DNA of 64,000 nt from a bacterium (GCA_039630415.1 JBCNVB010000018.1:35233-99232), one strand, 5' to 3'; positions 44,460 to 54,499 are shown, counted from the stretch's first letter. A program made the numbers and translations. Notes: a model not told the origin generated them from the letters alone.

Positions 44460-46031
44460 TTAAAAATCTAGCTTTTCTGATATTGTTTTTGGTTGTAGGA
44501 AATATAGTAGATAATCTGGTCCACCAGCTTTTGCATCAGTACCGGACATATTAAACCCTCCAAATGGATGAACACCTACTATTGCCCCAGTACATTTTCT
44601 GTTTATGTAAAGGTTTCCACAGAAAAATTCCTCTACAGCTCTTTGGATATTATATCTGTTTTCACTAAATACTGCTCCTGTTAGTCCATACTCTGTTGAG
44701 TTAGCTATTTCTATAGCTTGATCAAAGTTATCGTATTTTATTACAGCTAACACAGGTCCAAAAATTTCCTCTTGAGCTATTACATCATTTGGATTAACAT
44801 CTTCGAAGATAGTAGGTTGTACATAGTAACCTCTATCTTCAAATAGTTTATTTCCTCCATAGACTAGTTTATTTTGGTTTTTACCTATTTCGATGTATTC
44901 GATTATTTTGTTAAGAGAAGACTGATTTATTACGGGTCCCATAAACTTGTTTTCTCTTGGAAGTCCTATTTCGATTTTCTTTGTTTTGCTTATGAGCTGT
45001 TCCATAAAGGTTTGGTATATTTCTTTGTGGAGGAGAAGTCTTGAGCAAGCAGAACATTTTTGTCCCTGGTAGCCAAAAGCAGAAACTATTACACTATTAA
45101 CTGCGTGTTCTAATAGTTGTGGATTGGTTATTTTATCCACTATTATAGCGTTTTTTCCTCCCATTTCCGCTATTACTCTTTTGAGATGTTTTTGGCCTTT
45201 ATTTACTATTGATGCTTCTTTATAAATATGAATTCCCACTTCTTTTGAACCAGTAAATGCAATCATTCTTACTTGTGGGTGTTTTACTAGATAATCACCC
45301 ACTACACTACCTCTTCCTGATAAGTAGTTAAGTACTCCATCTGGTAAGCCTGCTTCCTTCATTATTTGGTAGAAGAATAGAGACATGAAGCAAGAGTCGT
45401 TAGAAGGTTTAAGTATAACTGTATTTCCAGTAACCATTGCAGCTATAGACATTCCAGCGGGTATAGCCAATGGGAAATTCCATGGTGGTATAACTACTAC
45501 CACACCCAAAGGTAAGTAGCAGTAATAATTTTTTTCACCGGGGAAATTAGCGAGTTTGGGTGGATTTTCGTGAAGATTTATCATTTGTTGGGCATAGTAT
45601 TCAAGGTAGTCGATAGTTTCTGCTACATCGGCATCAGCTTCTGCATAATTTTTTCCAACTTCGAGAATCATCCATGCTATTGCTTCATATTTTCTTTTTC
45701 TTAGGATATTTGCTGCTCTGAAAAATATGTTGGCTCTTTGGTATACATCTAATTTTGACCATGTTTTGAAAGCTTCTTGCGCAGCTTTTATAGCCATCTC
45801 AGCGTGTTCTATAGTTGCATCCTGAAAAACACCTATTACCTGTGAATACTCTGCAGGATTTATTGACCTTATCTTATTACTAGAATAAAACTCTTTACCA
45901 CCGATATACAAAGGATATTCTTTAGATAGATTAGATTCAACGTAAGTTATTGCCTGCTTTATGTTTTCTAACACTTGCGTATCAGTAAAGTTAAGAAATG
46001 GTTCTGTTTTAAAATCAATTGTTGTTCTCAT
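44460..46031 (-). CDS. rocA: 1-pyrroline-5-carboxylate dehydrogenase (aldehyde dehydrogenase family)
   Basis: 523 aa. End-to-end collinear with RocA/PruA. Contains EMGGKNA, the catalytic Cys region GQKCSACSR, and the C-terminal GGFNMSGTDAKAGGPDYL. Confidence 0.85.
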   Translation of the reverse strand: MRTTIDFKTEPFLNFTDTQVLENIKQAITYVESNLSKEYPLYIGGKEFYSSNKIRSINPAEYSQVIGVFQDATIEHAEMAIKAAQEAFKTWSKLDVYQRANIFFRAANILRKRKYEAIAWMILEVGKNYAEADADVAETIDYLEYYAQQMINLHENPPKLANFPGEKNYYCYLPLGVVVVIPPWNFPLAIPAGMSIAAMVTGNTVILKPSNDSCFMSLFFYQIMKEAGLPDGVLNYLSGRGSVVGDYLVKHPQVRMIAFTGSKEVGIHIYKEASIVNKGQKHLKRVIAEMGGKNAIIVDKITNPQLLEHAVNSVIVSAFGYQGQKCSACSRLLLHKEIYQTFMEQLISKTKKIEIGLPRENKFMGPVINQSSLNKIIEYIEIGKNQNKLVYGGNKLFEDRGYYVQPTIFEDVNPNDVIAQEEIFGPVLAVIKYDNFDQAIEIANSTEYGLTGAVFSENRYNIQRAVEEFFCGNLYINRKCTGAIVGVHPFGGFNMSGTDAKAGGPDYLLYFLQPKTISEKLDF

Positions 46032-47227
46032 TTTCCTACCTCCTTATATGCTTCTGTATATTTCTGAGCTACTTTTAGATAATCGTAATCTTTTACTGAT
46101 TCGAATGAATTCTTTTTGAGTTTATTTAGTAATTCCGGATTCTTATATAGTTGAATTATTTTTGTAATGAATTCTGATTGGTAGTTATTGTTGTTTTCTA
46201 TCAAATATCCGTTATATTCGTTTATAATTAGGTCATCAGCTCCATATGTTTTGAAGCTAATTATGGGAACCATCGAAGATAGACTTTCCAGATAGGCTAA
46301 TGGTTTGACTTCTGTAACTGATAGAGTTATAAAAACGTCCAGTAGTCTGTAGTAGTTTGGTATATCTTCGTAGGGTACTTTATTTGTGAATACCACATAA
46401 TCTTGCAAATCTAGTTTTCTTGCGTAGTTTAGTAGATTATCGTACTCTGTTCCACCCCCCACTATTAGTAAACTTATTTTTTTATCATTCAGGTTTTGTT
46501 CGAAATAACTTACGATTTGCCTATATAACTCTAACAGCTTGTACAAGTTTTTCTCTTTCTCTAGTCTTCCTACAAATCCAAGGACAAACTTATCTTGTAA
46601 ACCGAATTTTGCTTTTAAGTTTTGAATTTTTTGATCATCATAGTACTGCATATGATGCATATCTACAGGGTTGCAAATAAACAAAAACTTATCCTTATAC
46701 TGTTGGAATTTATTTTCCACATCTTTTTTTATGGTTTTTGAGGGAAAAATTACTGCATCCACGAATTGAAATATTTCTTTTAGATGACCATATAGAAACT
46801 TTTGGTAGATAAATTTGGGAATGAATTTAACATAGTGATAGTAGTTTTCATACTGTGTATGATACGTAAATACCACCTTTGAAGACGGATTATAACTTCT
46901 TAATATTTTGGCTATTTTATAGATTATGAATGGATGGTTTATTTGAATTATATCAGGTTTTATTTGTATTTTTTTGATTTCTTTTATGAGATTGATGGGA
47001 TTAGGGATACAGTAGTCGAATTTTGGGAAATATATAGATGGTAATTTGAATATATTGTATTTAATGTTGTATTTTTGTATGATTTGGTGGTTAAAACAGG
47101 GATGTTTTGAGGATATTACACTTACTTCTTTGTTAAGTTCTTTTAGTCCTTTGGATAGGAGATGTATGCTATGAACTACACCATTGGTTACAGGGAAAAA
47201 GACATTTGTTAGTACAGCTATGTTCAT
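46028..47227 (-). CDS. glycosyltransferase family 4 (GT-B fold)
   Basis: 399 aa. C-terminal EPLAYLESLSSMVPII is the GT4 E-x7-E region. Confidence 0.55.
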   Translation of the reverse strand: MNIAVLTNVFFPVTNGVVHSIHLLSKGLKELNKEVSVISSKHPCFNHQIIQKYNIKYNIFKLPSIYFPKFDYCIPNPINLIKEIKKIQIKPDIIQINHPFIIYKIAKILRSYNPSSKVVFTYHTQYENYYHYVKFIPKFIYQKFLYGHLKEIFQFVDAVIFPSKTIKKDVENKFQQYKDKFLFICNPVDMHHMQYYDDQKIQNLKAKFGLQDKFVLGFVGRLEKEKNLYKLLELYRQIVSYFEQNLNDKKISLLIVGGGTEYDNLLNYARKLDLQDYVVFTNKVPYEDIPNYYRLLDVFITLSVTEVKPLAYLESLSSMVPIISFKTYGADDLIINEYNGYLIENNNNYQSEFITKIIQLYKNPELLNKLKKNSFESVKDYDYLKVAQKYTEAYKEVGK

Positions 47228-48174
47228 GCGAATATTCCTATCTTTCTGAATTTTTGGTATCTATGTTGTTTAGGATTTTCAAGTTTTCGTGATAGAGTAA
47301 TATATTCTAGAAGTTTATTTTTTATGGTGGTATAGGAAAATTGTAGATCTCTATGCATTCCTAGGAATGGTTCTGGAATTATTTCATCTATTACTCCTAG
47401 TTCTAGTAGATCGTAGGATGTTAGTTTTAGATTTTTTGCTGCTAGTGGAGCTTTTGATGAGTCTCTATAGAGAATTGAAGCTGCTCCTTCAGGGGATATG
47501 ACAGAATAGTAAGCATTTTCCATCATAAGGATATAGTTAGCTACAGCGATAGCTAGAGCTCCTCCAGATCCACCTTCGGATAGGATTAAGCAAACAACTG
47601 GGATATCTAGTTCAAACATTTTAGAGATTGATTTAGCGATGGATATGTATTGTCCATTTTGCTCGGCAGTATCGCCAGGGTATGCACCTGGTGTATCTAC
47701 TATGGTTATTAGCGGTGTTCTAAATGTATTAGCTATATCCATAATTCTTATGGCTTTGTAGAAGCCTTCTGGGTTTGTCATTCCATAGTTTCTTGCTATT
47801 TTTTCATTTGTGTTTCTTCCTTTGTTATGTCCCAGTATGAATACTGGATAGTTTTCTATTTTTGCAAGTCCACCGGTAATTGATTTATCATCACCGACGT
47901 ATCTATCTCCTTTTAGTTCTTGGAAATCTGTGAATATATTTTCGATTAAGTCTTGGAGGGTAGGTCTTTTAGGATGTCTTGCTATTTGGACTCTATTGAA
48001 GGGATGTATCTTGGATTTGATTTCTTGGATTATATTTTGAGTTTTTAGTTTTAGGACTTGTAGTTCTTGGTAAGATACTTTTTGATTTTGATGTAGTTCT
48101 TGTAGGATTTTTATTCTTTGTTCGAGTTGGTCTATGAGTTTTTCTATTTCGAGTGTGTTAAGTATGTCTTGCAT
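47224..48174 (-). CDS. accA: acetyl-CoA carboxylase carboxyltransferase alpha subunit
   Basis: 316 aa. Contains VQIARHPKRPTLQDLIENIF...GDRYVGDDKSITGGLAKI and GGSGGALAIAVAN. Confidence 0.85.
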   Translation of the reverse strand: MQDILNTLEIEKLIDQLEQRIKILQELHQNQKVSYQELQVLKLKTQNIIQEIKSKIHPFNRVQIARHPKRPTLQDLIENIFTDFQELKGDRYVGDDKSITGGLAKIENYPVFILGHNKGRNTNEKIARNYGMTNPEGFYKAIRIMDIANTFRTPLITIVDTPGAYPGDTAEQNGQYISIAKSISKMFELDIPVVCLILSEGGSGGALAIAVANYILMMENAYYSVISPEGAASILYRDSSKAPLAAKNLKLTSYDLLELGVIDEIIPEPFLGMHRDLQFSYTTIKNKLLEYITLSRKLENPKQHRYQKFRKIGIFA

Positions 48175-48199
48175 GTAGGGTTTGGAGGTGTGGTTTTGG

Positions 48200-48273
48200 T
48201 GGGCGAGACAGGAGTTGAACCTGTGACCTCTTGCATGTCACGCAAGCGCTCTAACCACCTGAGCTACCCGCCC
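48200..48273 (-). tRNA. tRNA-Val (anticodon GAC)
   Basis: The minus strand reads GGGCGGGTAGCTCAGGTGGTTAGAGCGCTTGCGTGACATGCAAGAGGTCACAGGTTCAACTCCTGTCTCGCCCA. Anticodon loop GTGACAT. Confidence 0.85.
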
Positions 48274-48346
48274 ACCGAAAATATAATTCTATTTTTCAAC
48301 TTATTAACCTTCATACAAAAAGATAAATCCTTCTACATGTTACTTA

Positions 48347-48667
48347 TTATTTTCCTTGTTGGGATTTATCATTAGGTATAAAGAATGCTCCTACTATTCC
48401 TCCTAGAATCATTCCTATTAAAGCCCCTGGTATACCTAAAAGAGGTATAGTTGCAGCTGCACCGAATAAACTCCCCACAGTAATAGGAGCAATATAATCT
48501 ACAGCTGATTTATCTTTTATAGATTGATACTGATTTTTCAAGTATATATCTTCAGTTGAGTATAAATTTATGTCATTCTGAATTAAATATTGCTTGCTTA
48601 TTTTACCTATAGTTTCGTAATTTGTTTCTATAAATTTGTTAGGGTTTATTTTCATTTTATAGATCAC
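48347..48667 (-). CDS. hypothetical small protein with a C-terminal glycine-zipper membrane segment
   Basis: 106 aa. C-terminal GSLFGAAATIPLLGIPGALIGMILGGIVGAFF. Confidence 0.35.
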   Translation of the reverse strand: MIYKMKINPNKFIETNYETIGKISKQYLIQNDINLYSTEDIYLKNQYQSIKDKSAVDYIAPITVGSLFGAAATIPLLGIPGALIGMILGGIVGAFFIPNDKSQQGK

Positions 48668-48725
48668 CCCTTTCCCATTGCTTTAACTTTATGAATCATT
48701 TGTCTCCTTATACAGAATTGTACTA

Positions 48726-49886
48726 TCATACTTTAAAAACCTCCCTCATTAGTAAAATACCTATTAACTTTGATACGATCGAGAATAGGATAGTGTAGAT
48801 TGTAGAAAATGAAATAAGATACCCCATAATTGAGTTACCTATAAGGAAAGAGATTCCCATAAATGTGTACAACATTCCCCAGTCTTTAGCCATTGGGTTA
48901 AGTAGCTTAGAAAAAGTAGCTTTAATAATGCATCCTTGAAAAGCTATTGATATTCCCCACATTAATACTCCTATAAATACTATCCAAATAGAATCAGCTA
49001 GGATGAAAAGTGAAGTAAATAGAAAGAAAATCATAGCTGATACACTGCTAATTATCATATTTTTATCAAACCAAAGTCCAAGTAAAAATGCTCCTATAGC
49101 ACTTACAAACATAGCCAAGGAATATAGAAGAGGTATGAAAGACAAACTAATTACTTTTTTTTGTTCCCAATAAAATGAAATTATAGAAAAATCCAAAAAC
49201 CCTAAACAAATCATACAGCAAGAAAGGATATATATCATCTTTATCTTTTCTAGATTTATTTTTTTTAGATTGTCCGATTGTTGACTTTTGGTATTATAAG
49301 ACCAATTATAATGTAAAAGCTTTCTTTGTGTGATGTAGTATGATAGAATTAAAAGAAGAAACATGCTTAGAATTGAAGGTATAAAGAGAAACGTAAGGAT
49401 AGAGGTATAGTTAATCTTGTTGGAAAGTAGAAGAGATACAAAGAGTGGTCCGGTTATAGCTCCAATTTGGTCTAAAAATTGATGAATTCCAAACATCTTA
49501 CCAGCCTGTTGAGAAATACCAGACTGTTGAGAAATGATTGATATTATAAAATCTCTAGAGGGTGTTCTTATAGATTTTCCTAATCTTTCGAGTAAAAATA
49601 ATGTACTAGCTGTATAGATACTATTAAAGAAAGCTATTAAAGGTATACAAAGTAAAAGATAATATCCTATATTCATTGTAGCAAGATATGATTTGAATTT
49701 GTCAGCTATGTATCCAGCGGGCAATCTGAAAGAGTAAGATATAAAATAAGCTAATCCTCCTATAAGTCCAATATAAAAGCTATTAGCTCCCAAGGATGCA
49801 AAAAAAGGTCCAGCAAATGATCTAAACGATTCGTACGTAAAATCCGATAGTAAACTTACAAAACCTAATATAACTATAACCCACAT
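48726..49886 (-). CDS. MFS transporter
   Basis: 386 aa protein with about 12 TM helices and an MFS-like loop organisation. Confidence 0.6.
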   Translation of the reverse strand: MWVIVILGFVSLLSDFTYESFRSFAGPFFASLGANSFYIGLIGGLAYFISYSFRLPAGYIADKFKSYLATMNIGYYLLLCIPLIAFFNSIYTASTLFLLERLGKSIRTPSRDFIISIISQQSGISQQAGKMFGIHQFLDQIGAITGPLFVSLLLSNKINYTSILTFLFIPSILSMFLLLILSYYITQRKLLHYNWSYNTKSQQSDNLKKINLEKIKMIYILSCCMICLGFLDFSIISFYWEQKKVISLSFIPLLYSLAMFVSAIGAFLLGLWFDKNMIISSVSAMIFFLFTSLFILADSIWIVFIGVLMWGISIAFQGCIIKATFSKLLNPMAKDWGMLYTFMGISFLIGNSIMGYLISFSTIYTILFSIVSKLIGILLMREVFKV

Positions 49887-49926
49887 TTTGATATACTCTC
49901 CTCTAGTCGAATTTAACCTATAAAAA

Positions 49927-49949
49927 TCATATCCTTGTTTATGATATGA
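49927..49949. promoter_or_regulatory. perfect 7-bp inverted repeat (TCATATC-N9-GATATGA) upstream of the A/B array, a candidate operator
   Basis: Read directly from the sequence. It lies about 50 nt upstream of the first array gene, whose RBS is taggagcg. Confidence 0.3.
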
Positions 49950-50000
49950 GAGGATAAATCAATTAAAAAAATTAAAATCAATATATAGGAGCGATTTGTA

Positions 50001-50735
50001 ATGGATAATATTATAGTTTATGAACTAAAGCCCTTAAAAACAAAACTCAAACTGCTTTATGGGATCATAATATCCTTGTTTAGTTTTATTTCTTTTGTCT
50101 TTATTCTGTATTACTGGGATATTACGTTATATTTCGGTATAGATGAAGAAATATTGGTAACAATACTCCTGATAATACTATCTTTGTATGTTGGTGGAGT
50201 TATAAAAGATGATTTAGATTATATTTTTGGTAAGGTAATAAAATCACACTTATTAAGAATAATTACTGGTTCTAAAAACATAAAGGTTTACAGATGGTAT
50301 GATTTGAGTATAAAGCAGCGTGATTCAATACATACTGAATTTCTTTTATACTTGAAAGAATTGTATGATACTTGTTTGGAAAAGAATTCTAAAGAATTTA
50401 TAAAAAAAGTTATTAACTATTTAGAAGACATAGATATTATTGAAACAAAATCCTTACGAGGTTCGAATTATAGGCCCAATTTACCTAAATATGTTGAAGT
50501 GATAGCACTTTTTAAGGATTCTTCTAAAGCTTCAATAACTACACTTAAAATAGGTAAAAACGAAAACATAGTATTTTTAGTATTAATTCCTCAAGAAAAT
50601 AAGGATAAGTTAATACAACCCATATATATACGACAAAATTTGGATATTTCTATATTTTCAAATGATGAACAAATAAGTAATGCACTGCAAGGTTATAGGG
50701 AGATTATATGGAATCTGAGCAAACTAGGTTTCTAA
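50001..50735 (+). CDS. array family A, copy A1: N-terminal two-TM hairpin plus cytoplasmic domain, conserved C-terminal ...W.L.KLGF
   Basis: 244 aa, with an RBS (aggag) upstream. Paralogous to 51473, 52232, 54500 and 56014. Confidence 0.6.
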   Translation: MDNIIVYELKPLKTKLKLLYGIIISLFSFISFVFILYYWDITLYFGIDEEILVTILLIILSLYVGGVIKDDLDYIFGKVIKSHLLRIITGSKNIKVYRWYDLSIKQRDSIHTEFLLYLKELYDTCLEKNSKEFIKKVINYLEDIDIIETKSLRGSNYRPNLPKYVEVIALFKDSSKASITTLKIGKNENIVFLVLIPQENKDKLIQPIYIRQNLDISIFSNDEQISNALQGYREIIWNLSKLGF

Positions 50736-51457
50736 TAGAATACTACTGTGTATATGCAATAACCCTTACTTATGTGATAGTAGTTATATACTATTTGATA
50801 AACAAAATCGTGAGAGGAAAGAATATTTTTATAAGTGTAAATTTAAGTGTTTCTCAGTATCAAATGGTTTTAAACTTTATTGCTCTGATACTTATGCTTC
50901 TTACAATATTTATCATAATACCCACCTTTTCGAAACATTTACAAAATAAAATAGAAAAAAAGTACTCGTATAGTATAAATCAAAAAATATTTAAAAATGG
51001 TCTAAAAGCAGAAAACTTGGAAATTGAGAAGTACATACCTTCCAATTCTGATTTTTTCAAATCTTTTCTACAAAATCAAAATCTATCAATTAATAAAGTA
51101 AGAATAGTTGAAGAAAATTCACTTATTATTAACTATCATAAGTCAAAAAGAAAATACAAGATATATTTGTCAGAGATACGAATTTTAGAGAGAACAGGAA
51201 GTTTTTATAGCAAAACTAGATATTATAGACAAATGTTTAGTGGCTTATGCATAGGAGTTCCAAATGAAGTTTTTAACACCACAAAAATATATAAATTTCC
51301 ACTTTATAAGTACTACACAACTTCTGATTACTCTATAGTGCTGGTATATTTATCTGAAAGTCCTTTCATATTTCCTTTGTTTGAAAAGATTACTGATGAA
51401 TTAATACAAAATAAATTACAGGAAATACTGAGATTCGTGAACAATTACTTGATGTGA
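50708..51457 (+). CDS. array family B, copy B1: N-terminal two-TM plus about 170-aa domain, conserved FSGLCIGVPNEVFN and ESPFIFPLFEK motifs
   Basis: 249 aa. Its start overlaps the A1 stop by 28 nt in a different frame. Paralogous to 52952, 53755, 55183 and 56757. Confidence 0.6.
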   Translation: MESEQTRFLIEYYCVYAITLTYVIVVIYYLINKIVRGKNIFISVNLSVSQYQMVLNFIALILMLLTIFIIIPTFSKHLQNKIEKKYSYSINQKIFKNGLKAENLEIEKYIPSNSDFFKSFLQNQNLSINKVRIVEENSLIINYHKSKRKYKIYLSEIRILERTGSFYSKTRYYRQMFSGLCIGVPNEVFNTTKIYKFPLYKYYTTSDYSIVLVYLSESPFIFPLFEKITDELIQNKLQEILRFVNNYLM

Positions 51458-51472
51458 TTTTTGGAATAACAA

Positions 51473-52219
51473 ATGGATGAAATTATATTTTATGAGTTGA
51501 AACCTCTAAAATCAAGGCTCAAATTACTTTACGGAATTATAATATTCGTGTTCAGCATTATTTCGTTTATCTTTATTTTGTACTATTGGGATATTTATGT
51601 TTATTTTAGTATGGATGTAGAATTCTTAGTATCGATGATAACTTCAATACTGTTAATAGTATTATCTGCGTATATTATTGGACTTATTAAAAGTGATATG
51701 GATCATATTTTTGGAAAAATAATAAAATTGCACATATTAAGGATAGTTACTGGTTGTAAAGATGTAAAAGTGTATAGATGGAAGGATTTAGACTCAAATC
51801 AACAACATTCAATAAGCAAAGAACTAATCGAATATCTAGAAAAAGCATATGAATCCATAATAGAAAGAAAAGTCATAGAATTTTTAATCAAGGTTTTTGA
51901 ATATTTGCAAAATATAGACACTGCAGAGAATCCATTTGTAAAAGACCAAGAATATTGGCAAAGAATGCCAAAATATACCGAAGTAATAGAATTATTCAAG
52001 GATTCTTTCAGAGTTTTAATAATTACTCTTAACACAAATGAGAATGAAAACATAGTATTTCTAGTATTGATAAATCAACAAAATAAAAACAAGATAATAG
52101 AACCTATATGCATACTACAAAATATGGAAATATCCCTATTTTCAAAGGATGAAGAAATAATTAATGCGATACAAGGATATAAACAAATTGTATGGAATTT
52201 GAATAGACTTGGTTTTTAA
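51473..52219 (+). CDS. array family A, copy A2 (no intact B partner)
   Basis: 248 aa. It is followed only by a 13-codon remnant of a B start (MEFE*TWFLIEYY). Confidence 0.55.
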   Translation: MDEIIFYELKPLKSRLKLLYGIIIFVFSIISFIFILYYWDIYVYFSMDVEFLVSMITSILLIVLSAYIIGLIKSDMDHIFGKIIKLHILRIVTGCKDVKVYRWKDLDSNQQHSISKELIEYLEKAYESIIERKVIEFLIKVFEYLQNIDTAENPFVKDQEYWQRMPKYTEVIELFKDSFRVLIITLNTNENENIVFLVLINQQNKNKIIEPICILQNMEISLFSKDEEIINAIQGYKQIVWNLNRLGF

Positions 52220-52231
52220 TAGAATATTATA

Positions 52232-52971
52232 ATGGATGATATTATAGTTTATGAATTGGAACCTTTAAAGGCCAAATTCAGATTGCTTTATAGGATTGTG
52301 ATATTTTTGTTTAGTATTATTTCATTTTTCTTTATTCTCTATTATTGGGATATTACAGTCTATTTTGGTATGAGCAGGGAAATATGGATAGCAGTAATAT
52401 TGATAATACTATCACTATGTATTGGTTTAGTTATAAGAGGACATATAGATTATATCTTTAGTAAAATAATCAAATTACACATATTAAGAATAGCTACCGG
52501 TTGTCAAAATATAAAAGTTTACGAGTGGGAAGATTTAAATATAAACCAACGAGATTCAATACACACCAAAATTCTTTCACATTTGAAAGAATTCCATGAC
52601 ATATATGTAGAAAAATATTCCAAAGAATTTGTAAAAAAGGTTATTGATTATTTGGAAAATGTACATACTAGTGAAAAATATCTTTACAAAGCCCAAATTA
52701 TAGTCAAAACGAAAGAAAATATATCGAAGTAATAGAACTTTCCAAGGATTCATTCAAAGCTTTAATAATTATGCTTGAAATAGACAGTAAAGAAAACATA
52801 ATATTTCTTGTGATTAGTGAGGAAAACAAGGATAAACTAATACAGCTCATACATATACCCAAAAGCTTAAAGATTTCAATGTTTTCAAACGATGAACAAA
52901 TAAGCAATGCATTACAGGGCTATAAGCAGATTGTATGGAGTTTGAATAAACATGGAGTTCGAACAAACTAA
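52232..52971 (+). pseudogene. array family A, copy A3, disrupted by a frameshift (two ORF fragments 52232..52732 and 52771..52971)
   Basis: The homology to A1/A2 continues in a different frame after about 52700 (...KYIEVIELSKDSFKALII...). The C-terminus is altered to KHGVRTN by a 17-nt tandem duplication. Confidence 0.6.
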
Positions 52972-53740
52972 GTTTTTGGCAGAATATTACTTTGTTTATG
53001 CAATAACTATCGTTTATATATCAATCATTATTTACTATGTTGTTTACTTTGTTTACTATTCGATAAAAAAAATGGCAAGGAACAAGAATGTTTTGCTAAT
53101 AAATATTTTGGGTATAAGCCTTAAAATCACACAACCTCAGTTAGCTACAAGCTTTATAACTGCAACAGTTATGTTTCTTACAATATTCGTCATAATACCA
53201 ACTTTATCGAAACATGTACAAAATAAAATAGAAAAAAAGTATTCACATATTATAAATGAAAGAATATTTAAAAGTGGTTTCAGATTTGAAAACCTAGAAG
53301 TAGATAAATACATACCTTCAAATGCTAATTTTTTCACCTATTTTCTGCAAAACCAGAATTTATCAGTTTATAGGATTGAAATAGTTGAAAAAAATTCCTT
53401 TGTGATTAACTACCTTAAGTCAAATAAAGAATACAAGATATATTTATCAGAAATACAGATCTTTGAGGTAAAAAAGAGCAGTTCTATTAGATCTTACCGT
53501 ATACATTACGAAGAGTTGTTTAGCGGACTGTGCATAGGAATTCCAAACGAAGTTTTTAATACCAGAAAAATAAATAACTTCTCAGTTTATAATTATTACA
53601 TTACTTCAGATTATTCTATAGTATTGGTAAACTTTTCTGAAAGTCCCTTTATATTTCCCTTGTTTGAAAAGATTAGTGATGAGTTGATACAAAAAAAGTT
53701 AAGGGAAATATCAAAACTTGTGAATAATTATTTAATGTAG
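52952..53740 (+). CDS. array family B, copy B3
   Basis: 262 aa. Closely similar to B1 (LFSGLCIGIPNEVFNT, SESPFIFPLFEKISDELIQ). Confidence 0.6.
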   Translation: MEFEQTKFLAEYYFVYAITIVYISIIIYYVVYFVYYSIKKMARNKNVLLINILGISLKITQPQLATSFITATVMFLTIFVIIPTLSKHVQNKIEKKYSHIINERIFKSGFRFENLEVDKYIPSNANFFTYFLQNQNLSVYRIEIVEKNSFVINYLKSNKEYKIYLSEIQIFEVKKSSSIRSYRIHYEELFSGLCIGIPNEVFNTRKINNFSVYNYYITSDYSIVLVNFSESPFIFPLFEKISDELIQKKLREISKLVNNYLM

Positions 53741-53754
53741 ATCTTTTAAAGCGT

Positions 53755-54495
53755 ATGGGTTTCGAGCAAATTAAATTCATAATGATATATTACTTGGCAT
53801 GTATACTAACTTTTACAATAGTTACAATTCTAGGTTATTTTATAGCCATACAAAAATATACAGAAGGTCCCAAATGGATATTGATACCTATTACTGCCAT
53901 AATTGGAATAATCGCAGCCTATTTTATTGAACCAATATACAGAGATAAGCTACAAAGCAAATATTCAGATTCAATAAACCAGATCATATTCAAAAGTAGC
54001 ATTAGAATTGAAAATTTTGAGATACAAAAGTACATTCCTAATAAATCCGACTTCTTCAAGAGTTTTCTTGAAAAACAGAAAATATCTCATTATGAGTATA
54101 GTGTAAACGAAAATAATTCACTTATAATTAAGTACACAAAACAAAGGGAAAAGTATACTATACTTTTGTCGGAAATAAAGATTATTGAAGTTAGACCAGT
54201 AATTGGAGCTTATAGGACACCTCATAGATACGGTAGAAATCAAGAACAGTATACACGTGAACTTCTTTTTAGTGGCCTTTGCATCGGTATACCTAGTAAA
54301 ATATTAAATAAAGAAAGAATGTATCCACACTTATATTTCAGAGCATATGAAAAGCCAGATTATTCAGTAATACTGTCCTATTATCCTTCTCAAGAAAGTC
54401 CGTTTAAATTCTCCTTGTTTGAAAAAATAAACAATCAAATAGTCCAGCAAAAACTACAAGAAATTATATCAGTCATAAAAAGATATTTACTATGA
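53755..54495 (+). CDS. array family B, divergent copy B3b (no A partner immediately upstream)
   Basis: 246 aa. Retains MGFEQ, LFSGLCIGIPSKILN and ESPFKFSLFEKIN. Confidence 0.55.
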   Translation: MGFEQIKFIMIYYLACILTFTIVTILGYFIAIQKYTEGPKWILIPITAIIGIIAAYFIEPIYRDKLQSKYSDSINQIIFKSSIRIENFEIQKYIPNKSDFFKSFLEKQKISHYEYSVNENNSLIIKYTKQREKYTILLSEIKIIEVRPVIGAYRTPHRYGRNQEQYTRELLFSGLCIGIPSKILNKERMYPHLYFRAYEKPDYSVILSYYPSQESPFKFSLFEKINNQIVQQKLQEIISVIKRYLL

Positions 54496-54499
54496 GTAT

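Noticed and set aside
48118-48375. Plus-strand ORF overlapping tRNA-Val, plus similar ORFs 21862..22056 (-) and 21884..22141 (+) over tRNA-Leu.
   Set aside because: Their translations read through the tRNA sequence itself, for example 'VEPVTSCMSRKRSNHLSYP'. They are artefacts of the GC-rich tRNA.
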